64,000 nucleotides of DNA from Eledone cirrhosa (taxonomy: Eukaryota), in the NCBI GenBank assembly GCA_964016885.1, contig OZ024742.1, positions 62,496,001 through 62,560,000 on the forward strand, given 5' to 3'. The notes beneath the pieces are model-generated. The model saw only the letters and a list, made by a program, of their open reading frames with translations, searched no databases and was not told where the DNA came from. Numbering within the stretch: position 1 is the stretch's first letter; every line of letters starts with the position of its first letter. Position numbers and translations under genes: made by a program. Shown here in pieces: positions 29,170 through 41,886 of this stretch.

Positions 29170-29170
<1 letters not shown>
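27540..29170 (-). mobile_element. 5'-truncated Penelope-like (Neptune-type) element: GIY-YIG remnant + 3' region
   Basis: C..C.TC linker, LIYVLTCSGCREQYIGQT..RMTVH..QI and FINKYGPRLN; homologous to 61180-61570. Confidence 0.75.
27931..27993. repeat. (TAG)n microsatellite
   Basis: Pure run. Confidence 0.95.
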
Positions 29171-29202
<32 letters not shown>

Positions 29203-29205
<3 letters not shown>

Positions 29206-29303
29206 GGCTTTATGTTGTCTAAACTAAGAGAACAAATATTCTTTTCAGATACAATGATGTCGAAGAAATATTGGCAACATATAATGATTTTATTGATATT
29301 CCA

Positions 29304-29308
<5 letters not shown>
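29203..29308 (+). pseudogene. Inverted duplicate of the gene A splice acceptor, start codon and signal-peptide start
   Basis: Near-identical reverse complement of ~27416-27519. Confidence 0.9.
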
Positions 29309-29352
<44 letters not shown>

Positions 29353-29449
29353 TTTGAGTATACGTTGGTTGTATACCAACATCTCAGTATGCAGATTGGA
29401 TCACTCGACGAAGTGCGCAGGTTGGTTTGGTTACTCCGGAGTAATGTAA

Positions 29450-32400
29450 AATAAAATGAAATAAATAAGTCAAATGTTTAAAATTTGGCTTCGTTTATTA
29501 CTGCTATATATATTTCGGTGACAGCCATCTTTGGCTGTGACCTCTTCAGGCAGTCCGAATTAGTGTGGTAGAGACGAGTGCACATGTTGTTGGTGCGTAT
29601 AACTTTGTCAATACTCTGATATTTCCCAGTTCCTGGTTGGATTGTTATTTCACTGAGGAACTGGAATCATATGAAATCAAACAAACGCATTTCAGCGTCA
29701 AAGGGCCTCTTCTCCTCTCATTGGTCAGTTGTTAGAATATTCCTCAGTCAAAAGTCTATAGAAATTCGTTCTGAGGCAAGCCAATCTGTAGTTGTTGTTC
29801 TTGTTATTGTTAGGTACATCTGACCTCTATTCTTGTGTTGGTAGTGGTGTTATTGTTGGAGTCAGCTAAAGAAAAAGTGATAAAGTGGTAGAAAGGGGTA
29901 GAAAGACCTTAATCCGTTTCGATAGAGACCTTTGGACCAGGAGTGATTGGCCAAATAACTTTGACATCACGATGTGCTCCAGCGACTCAGACCTGGTTGG
30001 GCTCTTCCTGCTGAAGCAGATAAAAGATGAAATCCCCTGCCTGGGCGGCGGATTATATCGTGACGATGCTCTCTTCACAGTATAAGACAACAGCACCAAT
30101 ATGTTGGAGGGAATGAGGAGACGTATTCGCCATTTCTTTAAGAACCAGGGGCTCAGTATAGAACTAGACCCAAATAGAAAGGTAGTTAACTTCCTAGACA
30201 CCACCCTAAACCTGAACACCTACCACAAGCCCAACGAGAAACTCGTGTATGTTAACGCCAAGTCAAACCACCCTAGATCCATAACCAAGGCCGTGGTGAA
30301 GAGTGTCTCGGACAGGATCTCCAGCCTGTCCGCAAGTAAGGAAATATTCGATAGCAACGCGGAATATTACAACGCAGCACTGAATAAGGCGGCACATGGA
30401 CAAAATATAACATATAGTCCGAAACGCCGGGATGGGGATGGCCCAACGGACACCCACACCCGCGTTGCCCGGGGGGAGGGCGAACCCTAACAATACAGGC
30501 GGAACAGAAACAAAGAGGCACCATGAGCCCGACACCACCACACGGGCGTTGGTGACGAGTACGCTTAACCATGGGATCAAACCCAATATGAGTAGCAGTC
30601 TCAGGGGTGATTCTAACTACCCCGGGCCCGACGACCCCAACTGCAGCGTGGGGGGAGGGACCACCCCACGGTAGATCTCCCAGTGCGGGCAACGACCACC
30701 CCACAGAGTCGGGCCGTGAAGATAGCAAAACGCATAGCGCCCAAAGGGGAAGCAACAATGCGGGAACCACCAGCAACCCAACAAATCTCCAACAACTCAC
30801 GACGCCCCCGACCCACACATATAGGAGGAGACATAGAAAAATCACATGGTACAACCCACCCTACTCAGCGGCCCTAAAGAACAGATTGGCCCGATCATTC
30901 TTTGGAGCACTTGATAAATGCTTCCCGAGGGACCATAGATACCACAAGATCTTCAACAGACACACTGTAAAGCTCTCGTATTCCACCACGAGAAATCTGG
31001 CCCAATACAGGAAAAAACCACACACAACCAGAAGATGGCAATACAAGCACTCAGCAGAACCATGGAAAAGGAGGGAAGGGGGACCCAATGCCCACCCAAG
31101 AAACCCAAACAGACCTGGGGACCCCCCACCGCGCCTGGGGGAATACCACCATATAACACCTAACGGGAACCCCAATCTAGGCACGCAGAGGTCGACCACC
31201 CTCTGCAACTGCAGAAACCCCGAATCATGCCCCCTTGGTAATGAATGCCTTAAGAAGAACCTAGTATACGGTTGTAGGGTTAAAACCCCCAACTCCGAAC
31301 ACCTCTACATAGGAGCCACATCAACGAGCTTTAAAGACCGCTGGTATAACCATCGCCATTCCTTCAATAAGCAGGCCAAAAGGAAAAGTACGGCTCTCTC
31401 CGACCTGGTCTGGGAGCTTAAGCTGGACAGGATCCCGTACTCTCTGGCCTGGTCCATAATCAGGAAATTACCACCCGATAAAGGGGGATCTTGCATATGC
31501 AAACTATGTCTGAACGAGACCCTCGAGATACTAAGAGATGGAAGCGGCCTGATAAACCTCAGAACCGACTTCTTCGGGACATGCAGACACCTCAGAGCCG
31601 GGACCTTCCTCAAGATATATGGACAGTAGCAACACAATAAGATCTGAATTCCCCTCAAGCTATAGGGACCTCTCTAGAACATGTAGACACCTCTCGGCAA
31701 AACCTCCCTCAAGCTATATGGGCAGTAACAACACCATAGGTTGGGAACTCCCCTCAAGCCGTAGGGACCAACCCAGGCTGAGCAGACACCATGATAGCCT
31801 AGAGATTGATTCTGACACAGCCTTTATAATTTGGCCATCTTTATAACACACACACATTTTAATTTACCTGCTTTTTGATTTTTCAATTTTGATTTCTCAT
31901 TATTTATTTTTTATTTGTTTTCTGTTTTATCACCTTTTATTTATTACCTTTTATTTATATTTAAGTTGAGATTGGTTATAATACACACACATTTTATTTG
32001 ATGATCCTATTTCGTTTCGTTCGTTTACCATCTTGTTCCTCCTACCAATCTATCCAACATATTTCTGACCTTGAGATTGGTTATAGCACACACACATTTT
32101 ATCTTATTTTATTCGAATCTTCATTTTATTGTTCACTTTTCATTTTCATTTTTCATTTTTCATTTTCATTTTTTCATTTTTCATTTTCATTTTTCAATTT
32201 TTCATTTATTCTCTATCTATTATTTATTTTCTGCTTACTTCATTTTATTGCCTTCTATTTCTTCATATACATGGCATAACCCCCCACCCCCACCCCACCC
32301 ACCACCACCAAAACCACCACGGCATATGGTGGCAGAAGGGATGAAGAAACACACACACAGATACTTCTAAATTGTCAGCAGCAGCAAGACATAAGTTGAC

Positions 32401-32792
32401 CACAACACCAACAACACTACCAAAATAAGGGTAGAAGTCTGATGTACTTAACAATAGCAAACACAAACACTACAGGGAGCCTCATCCCAGAAACAATTTC
32501 TATAGACTTTGGACTGAGGAATGCTCTCAAAACTGACCAATGGGAAGTTTGACCTTACAAATCTTTATAAAATTTAGATGGATATAACACACACACACAT
32601 TTTATTCGATTATTTTATTTTATTTTGTTCCTTTACCATCTTATTCCTTCTACCACTTTATCATTTTTTTTAGCTGACTCCAACAATAACACCACTACCA
32701 ACACAAGAATAGAGGTCAGATGTACCTAACAATATATATAGCAGTAATAAACGAATCCAAATTTTAAACATTTGACTAATTTATTTCATTTT

Positions 32793-32798
<6 letters not shown>
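29450..32798 (+). mobile_element. Penelope-like element (Naiad-like), 5'-truncated RT + GIY-YIG, with an inverted pLTR at the 5' side and tandem partial pLTRs at the 3' side
   Basis: FDITM, GLYRDDAL, VNFLD..LNL, YHKPN, SNHP, WYNPP, CNCRNPESCPLGNEC, VYGC..YIGAT..RWYNH, CKLCLNE; 29450-29895 is the reverse complement of 32645-32798 (with a deletion). Confidence 0.88.
29500..29554 (-). ncRNA. Minimal type I hammerhead ribozyme in a PLE pLTR
   Basis: Minus strand reads ACTGC CTGAAGA GGTCACAGCCA-AAGA-TGGCTGTCACC GAAA TATATA TA GCAGT: stem I, canonical CUGAnGA/GAAA core, long stem II, palindromic stem III, UA site. Confidence 0.85.
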
Positions 32799-32853
<55 letters not shown>

Positions 32854-33765
32854 TAAAGAAGTTATAGGAAGTATATTCGTTATAATAATCGATGGCTCAC
32901 AATTATTCACTGAATGAGATATGGTTTTAACGTAAACCAATTAAACCTGTCATTCAGCGCTAACAAAGTATATAGTTGTAATGGGGTGGCTGCAAGCGGT
33001 TGTCCAAACCCCAGGGTTTCTGTAAATGCAGCAGTAAGCTTCGATATGTGCAATTTGTACCTTTCCGAATACAGTGGGTGCACAATGTAAGCCGTATACT
33101 ACAAGAACTTTGTCAGCATATATTATAATTACAGAGAGAGAATAAAGCCATATATTCAAAATAAAACATAGATATCTGATAATTACTTTGTTTCAATATA
33201 ACAGTCATATTAATGTTTTATTTCCTTCGCCAAGGCGGATACACATTATTATTTGATTTTAAATTATTTTTAATTAACATTTTGAAAATCAAAATAAATA
33301 AAAACGGTAAATTTGTTAAAGAACACACAACCACTTATATTTCAGTGGGAACATTTATTTATGGCTTCGAATTTTTACGTATGCTATCAATCAATCTGAC
33401 CTCCAAGATGATGACGTTCAACTTTTTTCCGGAGACCTGAGAGGGTTAAGTGGACCCCCTACCAATATAACCCCTCTTCGATATTTTTATTCATGTGTTA
33501 TCAACGAATATGGCCCCCAAACCAGTAGGAGACGACTAGAATTGTTAAAATGAAAAAGGTCATATTCGTTGATAACAAAAACAAAACAAATGTAGCGAAA
33601 ACTCCGAGGAGAGAGAGTTATCGTGAGGGAGGGATAACCCAGGAAATTATTAATTACGAACACATTGGAGACCAGATAAGTTGATAACATACACACAAAA
33701 AGAAAGAAAAAAAAAACGAAGAAAAAAATTGTTTTCAATTAAAATCAAGGGTGGGCGGTTTCTCT

Positions 33766-33950
33766 ATAATAATTGTTTCTACTTTTGGCACAAGGCCAGC
33801 AATTAACCCAGTGCATTGCTGGTACTTTATTTTATCGACCCCATAAGGATGAAAGGTAAAGTTAACCTCGGCGGGATTTGAACATAGATCGTAAAGGGCT
33901 GTAACTCTATGCCACAAAGCATGGCCTTCTACCCTCCACCGATACTGCCA
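33766..33950 (-). mobile_element. tRNA-derived SINE
   Basis: Reverse complement of the 17836 family. Confidence 0.85.
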
Positions 33951-35039
33951 AATAATGCTTACTCGTACAGAAATTAAAATAAATCAAAGAAAAATATGAT
34001 TTGAAATTTTGAAATGAAAATATTCTTAATTTGTCAGGTTGTTTTTTTCCAATATTCAATTATGTTTTAACTACCACTTTTGTAAACATAATTAACATTT
34101 TTTTTTAATATAATGTCGATACATGGAAATATAGTTTGGCCAGGAATTAGAACTCCGTGTAAATGAATAAATGATTAGTAATGTCAACCAAAGAAATGCA
34201 TTAGTGTACATGGGAATGACACCACACACTTTATAGAATTAAACAATATTTCAATTTAAGGTGTACAATTGATAAATTGAAAGCAAACAATTGAATAAGC
34301 GACATTCCTCATGACCAGGCATATTTTCCTGTATCAAACGTTGATTGTAGTCAATCTTAACAAGCCATTTCATAAAGGAGTCAAAATAATATTATGATTA
34401 CATTACACAATATATCTCATAACAAAGTCTTTGAATTTAAAGTCTGAACTAAGACTCCCTAGATAGTGCGATCCTAAATTCATATCGGGAGACTTAAAAC
34501 ATTATCTAGCTTATATTTCAGAGGAATCTCTCGTTTCTTCATTTCCCAACACTAACCAGGGGAACATATATGAAAGAAGCAGAGAGTGAAAGGGTCAAGA
34601 CTAAAATCAAAATATAGGAAAACAAAGTTGGATGAGAGGAAAGGTAAAACTACATACCATATACTGCTTGTATTTTCGTCTGTACAACTCTGTCAATGTA
34701 AGTACAGGTAAATACAGGTAATGCTGTGCAATACTGTCAAAGTAGCTACTCGATTCAAAAGAAGAGAAGACAAGATGTTTCAGTAGAAACCGACTATCTT
34801 TATAAACATCAAATAAGAATTAACATATTGATTAAGCAATAGAGAACAATATAGATATACAATATATCGACTGTCACAATAACTAGCAATAGATCCATTG
34901 TTATATTATTATTGATATTGTTATACTTTGGGAGGGTATATCAGGTAACATTTATTGTATAATATTTTATGGAATATATCATGTAAATACAGTTTAATAG
35001 AAAAAGATAAAAAGATAAAACGGAAAACGGAGGGAATGG

Positions 35040-35215
35040 TAAAAACACTAGTATCACATAAGAAAGCTGATGGGAAATGATTGGGCTCTGGGCCTAGGGC
35101 GTGGCGGTAAAGGGGTTGCGGCCCGCAGACAATGGCCAGCGACACCCGTTGCAACAGCCACCCCACTTCGTGGGGCACCTTCCCCATAATTACAATTTAT
35201 GTCATAACCACCCGA
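35040..35215 (-). mobile_element. CRE-like RLE LINE 3' remnant
   Basis: WLLQRVSLAIVCG resembles the QRISxAIQRGN C-terminal motif of CRE-clade elements. Confidence 0.4.
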
Positions 35216-35528
35216 TTTTGTTTGCTCTAATCTTTCACAATAATGCATATTCTATAAGGTTTTGTAGAGATTCGTTAGGGAGGGCGTAGATCACAATTAT
35301 ACTGATAAATTATTGTTTATATTAGATAAAAGTAAACCAAACCCAGATACTTTTACATCAATACTTCCAGTTTCTTGTTCAATCTGAATATTATAATAGA
35401 TTTTCTACAGGAACAAAATGTCATTTTATCAACTATGAATTGAGAAATAAATGTATATGTAGTTAAGAAAAGAAATGAGATTCCAATTAAAACGTTTATT
35501 AAATTTTGAAATCTGGCTAAACCTTTCA

Positions 35529-35529
35529 T

Positions 35530-35601
<72 letters not shown>

Positions 35602-35660
35602 GACGACGACGACGACGACGACGACGAAGACTACTACTACTATTACTACTACTACTGTTG
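35529..35660. repeat. Compound (CTA)n(CGA)n microsatellite
   Basis: Direct reading. Confidence 0.95.
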
Positions 35661-36054
35661 CTGATAGCCCTCTATCTCTTCTCCACCTCTGCCTGTGTCA
35701 TTTTCCTGTTCATTTTGATCCCCCAAATGGAATGCCAACGTAATTGGTATAGCAACAAGGAAATGGGTAGTGAAAAATAGAAGGAAGAACATATGAAGAG
35801 AAAAAGAGAAAACTTTGAAGAATTTGTCAAAGATACCGCTTTCTCTCTTTCCAGCTCTCTTACATGCACGATATCTCCATCATTCTCTCTGACTATCTCT
35901 CTATATCTCTTCATTCAACCTTTCGGATTTTTTCCATCAACCTTGAATAACTTATTATAAACCTTATGAATTATCGAAGCGCAAGGAGTCTTTAACATTT
36001 GGAGATGTGAGAGTCCCAAATAATTCTCTGCTCAATTTTGTTCGTCTCTATATA

Positions 36055-36710
36055 CGAGGGAGCTTCAAAAAGTTTGTGGAAAAAGGACAGTTGGAAAAAC
36101 TGGTTTAAGTCGTGATGTTTATTTTGCAACATATGCTCCATCTAGGTCAATACATTTCTGCAAGCATTGATACCAGCCTTTAAGTCCATGTATGTAAAAC
36201 TGAGGGCCGTACGATTTAAACCATGTCAAAGCAGCTGTTTTTACATATTCAACTGATGGAAAATAGGTACCTTTCAATTATTTTTTCAGGTTTGAAAACA
36301 AAAAGTCGGATGGGGCTAAATCAGGACAGTAAGGTGGATTGTCGTATTGGAAGACAACGCGCCGATGCGTCTTCCCCGTTCATTTATCCGTGATTTTCTT
36401 GGCCAGTTTAGTCAAAACGCCTTCATAATATGCAACTGTAATTGCTCCGATTTTATCTTGACTAACCCACTTCACACCTGGGCAGCCACTACCTCGATTG
36501 AGTTTTGTCCTCGGGATCGTGCTAGTAGAGCCAGGTTTCATCCCGGTAACAATTCTCTGGAGAAAGGCTTGTTCAAATATTTATTCGAAAGATCTGCCCT
36601 TGTTCGCTGCTGATCTGAGCTCAACAGCTTTGGGACCCGTCGAGAGGAAATTTTGTTACTCCCCACACTCTCCACCATAATTGCATGTTCGGAACCAACG
36701 GAGATGTGTC
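36055..36710 (-). mobile_element. Degenerate mariner/Tc1 transposon end
   Basis: TA|CGAGGGAGCTTCAAAAAGTTTGTGGAAAA TIR-like end; minus strand encodes PPYCPDLAPSDF (YSPDLAP motif) at ~36300-36340. Confidence 0.75.
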
Positions 36711-36934
36711 GACTACAGAATCAAACACATATACACAAGCCATAGAAGAATAGAAAACTCACAACTTTTCTAAAGTAGCGCTTTACCAAAGGCAATTTTT
36801 CAAGACTAAAAATTAAACATTTTTAGCAATAGTTTTTATTTTATTATTTATTCATATATATAATTTTGGATTTCTACGGTTCTACTCTAAAAAGACAGTA
36901 CTATACGACCATTCGAGGTCACAGCTTTGAGCAA

Positions 36935-37115
36935 TATAGTTTGCAGTAAGAATCGGATGCCATGTTTTCCAGCATAGTTACATACCTTTTATGGTCTGAG
37001 TTCAAATCCTGCCGAGGATAACTTTGCCTTTCATCCTTACTGGGTCGATAAAATAAAGTACCAGCAATGTACTAGGTATTTGCTGGCCTTGTGCCAAATG
37101 TAGAAATAATTATTA
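36935..37115 (+). mobile_element. tRNA-derived SINE
   Basis: Same body as 17836, with a short ATT tail. Confidence 0.8.
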
Positions 37116-38049
37116 GTCGGGGAACGAGATGAAGATACCAAAAAGGACGCAAATATGATTGATAAACTAAACATAACAAACATAGTTATATGTGTGTATA
37201 TTTATATATATATATATATATATACATATATATATGTGTGTGTGTGTGTCTCTATGTGCGTGTGTATGTGTGCATGTGTGTATGTATGTGTGTATCACTT
37301 GATATATGGATATGTATTGATATATATATATGAGAAATAATATGCACCTATTAAGAGTAATGTTACTGTAGACTAGTAAATAAAAATCGTTAAACCTGTT
37401 CAACGTACTGGAAATATCATTTAGAAATCGTTATTATTATGAAATAAAAAGACGTTGTGGTCAATTATGTCTTTTCACCACCAATAATTGATAATCTATC
37501 TGCCAGTAAAGTAACTATACCTCAACACTTATTATGGTTCCTCTTGATGTTTTATATATTGATGTTGTGGTGGTGGTGATGATTGATCCCGGTAACATTT
37601 GTTATTCTTATTATTTTTGTTGTTATTGTTCATAATTATATGACTATTTGACACTATCATCTCATGGGTCACAATTTTCAATATTTCCTTTCACAAAATA
37701 TTCATGCTGTGCAGTTTTTCATATTGCTTATAAACTATTTTATATTGATAAACTAAAGCAATTGTCTTCGGATCTTTAACCATTGTTAACATGTTTATGG
37801 ACAACAATGAATATTAGCTAGTTGAAAGGAAGTATAAATTGATTTGTTTCAGCAAGTCAGATCTTTATCTAATAGTTCAATTCCAATCGATAACAGAAAA
37901 TTTCATCTCCGTTTTCTGTTGAGATAAGCATGTTGAGAAACTGAGAAATACCAGAGCTTATTTCTATCAGACATTTCCTCAGAAGAGTAACTATCACCAG
38001 AATACCAATGTCAACGCAAATAATTTTGAGATGTGTAGTTTGTTTTGTA

Positions 38050-38700
38050 TATGTATATTTATGGATATCTCTGTGCTGAAAGAAGATGTTCATATTAGAG
38101 AATCCATTGCTAGAACAGAATTCTAATAATGCCTTTCCATTCGTATTTAGATCGGGATCGCTGATCCTTCCAATCACTCCTATCCATGTCAGGTGGTCAG
38201 TGCCAACATGTGCATTGCAGGCTCCCATCAGAATATAGGAATCTGTGTTAACTACAACTAACGTTGCAGTGATGTTATAGAATAAGGATCTGTATTGGGG
38301 CTCCTTGTTTAGCGCATAAATTTCCACCACCCACAGAGACCTATCTTTCTGCTTAAGCTTCAAGAGACAAATCTTCTCTCCTAATGGGATCCAGTACATA
38401 AGACATTCTGACTGTTGGGGGCTTGTGAATATCCCCACACCCACTAGTACAGTCAATTCTGATATCAAACCTGAATAGTGGAGTTTCCATCCTCCGTCCA
38501 AATCTACAGTATCAGAGCCACAGAACTTTGTTGAGGAAACCCCGACTATATCTAGCTGATAACATCTAGCATCCTCTACTAGATCCTTCTCTGTACCAGT
38601 AATGGTTGTGATTTTCCATGTTACAATTGTCAAGGTTTCCTGCCTTCTTAACCCTCTTTGGGGCCTCGGGATACGCAATCTTTGTACGTTCATCCCACAC
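38050..38700 (-). mobile_element. RTE-clade APE endonuclease fragment
   Basis: TIVTW, LDIVGVSSTK, GVGIF, IYA, MG..NAHVG, N.NG..LLEFC, N.FFQH..HKYT. Confidence 0.8.
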
Positions 38701-39548
38701 ATCCAATGGCAAGTTGCAAGCCCATCACCAGTTTTTGCTATATGACATAGGGACAGCAATATATATTTTTCGAACAGGCCACTATTCCTAATGCCTGAAC
38801 TCGTCCCTTGTAAAACTGCACAAAGAATGATGCGGTATGGTTCTCTTTCGTACCTCTCACCATATTGCAGTTTTTGGTGCTACACGCCTCGCCATAGCTA
38901 CATCACTGGGTTGTGTGAGTTTTCTTGAGAGCTACTGATGTTATCCATTACTCCATCTCCTTTAGTTGTTTCCCGCTGCTGATCTGAAGTTGCTTTATAT
39001 CTCCGGAGCTGCCCGCTTATATCGCAACTAACCATCATCTCTGGTGGCCATATCGCCTTCCGCCGCGTGTGACACGTTCTCTATTAGAACAATGAAATCA
39101 GGGACACAGATCAATAATCGATTTTGTTATCTTCTCTGATGCCTTCGATTCTGTGCTGGATATTCGTGTTAAGAGAGAGGATGAGCTATCTACTAATCTA
39201 CATCTCGTTATCGAAATCTTGGGAACACCGAAACCAAAGATGAGATGGGAAGCGTTGGTGAAACAAAGTATAAAATACTATACAATAAAATGTTTATTTA
39301 ATACTAGACGAACGGATCATGTTCACTTCAAAATATTTTTTTAAATGTATGTTCACTTAAACATAATTTTTAAATAAAAACAGACATGTACATATTGTGA
39401 AATGAAACTGGAAGGCCCATATATATACGTGTGATATGTGTATATATGAAATGTGTGTGTGTATATATATATATGCATGTGTGTGTGTATACATATATGT
39501 GAGTGTCTCTTATCTCTATACACTGGTCATAGACACACACACACATAT

Positions 39549-39593
<45 letters not shown>

Positions 39594-41502
39594 TATTTAT
39601 ACACAACAACACCATCAGCTCTCTCCCTCTCTCTCTCTCTCTCTCTCTTCCATTCTCCTCTGTCTCCCCTCCCTCTCGCTATGTCTCTTTTAATCTACTC
39701 TGTCACAAGCACTATCTCTTTCTTTTCCCACTCTCTCTCTCTGTCTCTCCCCCCCCCATCTCTCTCTCTCTCTCTGTTTATGAACGTACCCGAAGAACCC
39801 CGTATCCCGGAACTCGTGCTCCGATTTACGCGAAACTTGTTTTATTCCATTTGTATTTCCATTTCAAGGTTAACTTCCTTTCACAGTATTTCCCATTATG
39901 CGCCCTTTTGACTGTATTACATTACAGACAAGCAAGCAAGCAATCACAGACTTTTAGTATTATATAGATAGATAGATGAATCAGAAAGCTGTATATAATA
40001 CTTTATAGGTGCTGGATATACGGGGTCGTTAGAGCGTCGAACAAATGTTTAACTGTAGATGTACCTTCTCATTACTTTCTCAGTTCAAATCCCAACGGAG
40101 TTAAATTTGCTTTTCATTCTTCCAGTTAAGGAATCAATTGTGTTATGTATTTCTTATATAAATTTCAGGTGTGGGACAAAAGGTTTTATCAACCACCTAG
40201 GAAGTCCTATCGATATAGTCAACTTTGGAGGATCTTGTCCTAGAGTAACGGTCCTCAATCTGAGGCTCCGTGAGCTAAGTTCAAAGTTTCAATAAATTTA
40301 TTAAAACCATAACATACTAACACTCAAAGGTATAGATTCATCTCTAAATATAAACAATTTTCTCATTTGGTTATTATTATCTGTGTATAACAATCAACGA
40401 CGAAAGTAATTAAAGTCACTTAAGTAAAGGGGGTGTTTAGGATAGAAGATATTGGGAATCAATAAGATAAATATCGGCCTCAGAAGTTACATGGCCCTGT
40501 GGTTAGGGTGTTGGACTCACCGTTATGTGATCGTGGTTCCTGCACCGAGAGGCGTGTTGAAGTTTGGGACGTAATATTGCATTATATATTATTCCTTCTG
40601 CCAGAAGCAGCAACAAGCTGATAGTATCAGCAATTGAATGATTAATGGAAGTATTGTTTACTTGGTCCGATTTAGAGATCGAAACCATTCCTTTGGGGGA
40701 CAGTGAAATGGTTTGGTACCACCGGTACTAATAATGCTGTGTAGTGGTTTCCTGTGAAGATTTAATGGACTGTTTGCTAAACACATTGTGTTTGCTAAAA
40801 TGTCCAAGTTTCTGGATTATTTGACATTGGTGCTGTGTGTCGTTTAGGTTGATATTATATAAATTATTAATTAAATGGTTCCAAGTAAATCCTGTTTTTT
40901 GTGCGTGTGCCTGTGCGTGTGAGTGGTGTGTGTGCGCGCGCACGCGCGCGTGTCTGTGTGTGTGTGTGTGTCAGTGTATATTTCATCCCAGTCGAAACAT
41001 TCCCAAATATGGAGATTACTCTTGCTAAACTCAACAGGCATATATTAATGGTTTACGAAATTATGTTCAACACAGTTTCTATTTAGACAAAGACTGAAAC
41101 TATCAAAAGACTAAAATAATATTATTATGGCTGATATTCTACAGAATGCTTTAAATACGAAATTGTTTTATCAACACCAAATAATTTAAAACAATAATAG
41201 AGAAATGTATTTAATGATATTTATTGAAACTGTAGCCAAGATATAATAGGTACCACTGAGATAGGTGTTACATAATAACAATATTCTCTAAAGTATTTTA
41301 ATTAACAGTTACACACAGAATTATTCAATTATTTTAATTAATAGTTACACACAGAAAATAAATATATATGTGGTGTTGGAGTTGTACCAGTTTCCTCTAA
41401 TATAATATAATGTAAATGAAAGTCATGTAGATCTATGAGGTCATTTTTCTCGTTCTCTATAGTCTTCTACTTTAAATACTGTGGTATAATCTTGTCAAGG
41501 TT

Positions 41503-41552
41503 TTATGTCAACTCTACATAAATTGACAAAGAATCAGCTGTTGAATAAGACT
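41503..41552 (-). CDS. Gene B (tandem paralog), last coding exon: (E)SYSTADSLSIYVELT*
   Basis: Acceptor, frame and stop conserved with gene A exon 5; 2 nt differences. Confidence 0.8.
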
Positions 41553-41683
41553 CTGTAAAATTAAAGAAAAATAGTTTTATTATATATCAATTGATTGGAA
41601 GAATGTTTAGAAAGGTAAACAAAATATCAGGTGATGATTAACTGTATTTAAAGACATGTCAGGTTCGAATCTGCCTTCATCTA

Positions 41684-41886
41684 CGGTGGATTGGCAGTAT
41701 CGGTAGAGGGTCGGACGCCATGCTTTCCAGCATAGTTACGTCCCTTTACGATCTGAGTTCAAATCCCGCCGAGGTTGACTTTGCCTTTCATCCTTACGGG
41801 GTCGATAAAATAAAGTACCAGTAATGCACTGGGTAATTTGCTGGCCTTGTGCCTAAAGTAGAAACAATTATTATTATTATTATTAT
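41684..41886 (+). mobile_element. tRNA-derived SINE with (ATT)n tail; absent from the homologous site in gene A (13605)
   Basis: Gene A reads CTTCATCTAC|CTGGGG; gene B reads CTTCATCTAC|GGTGGATTGGCAG. Confidence 0.88.

Noticed and set aside
30607-31629. Selenocysteine-type Naiad
   Set aside because: No in-frame UGA at Cys positions in the GIY-YIG region, and no SECIS recognised
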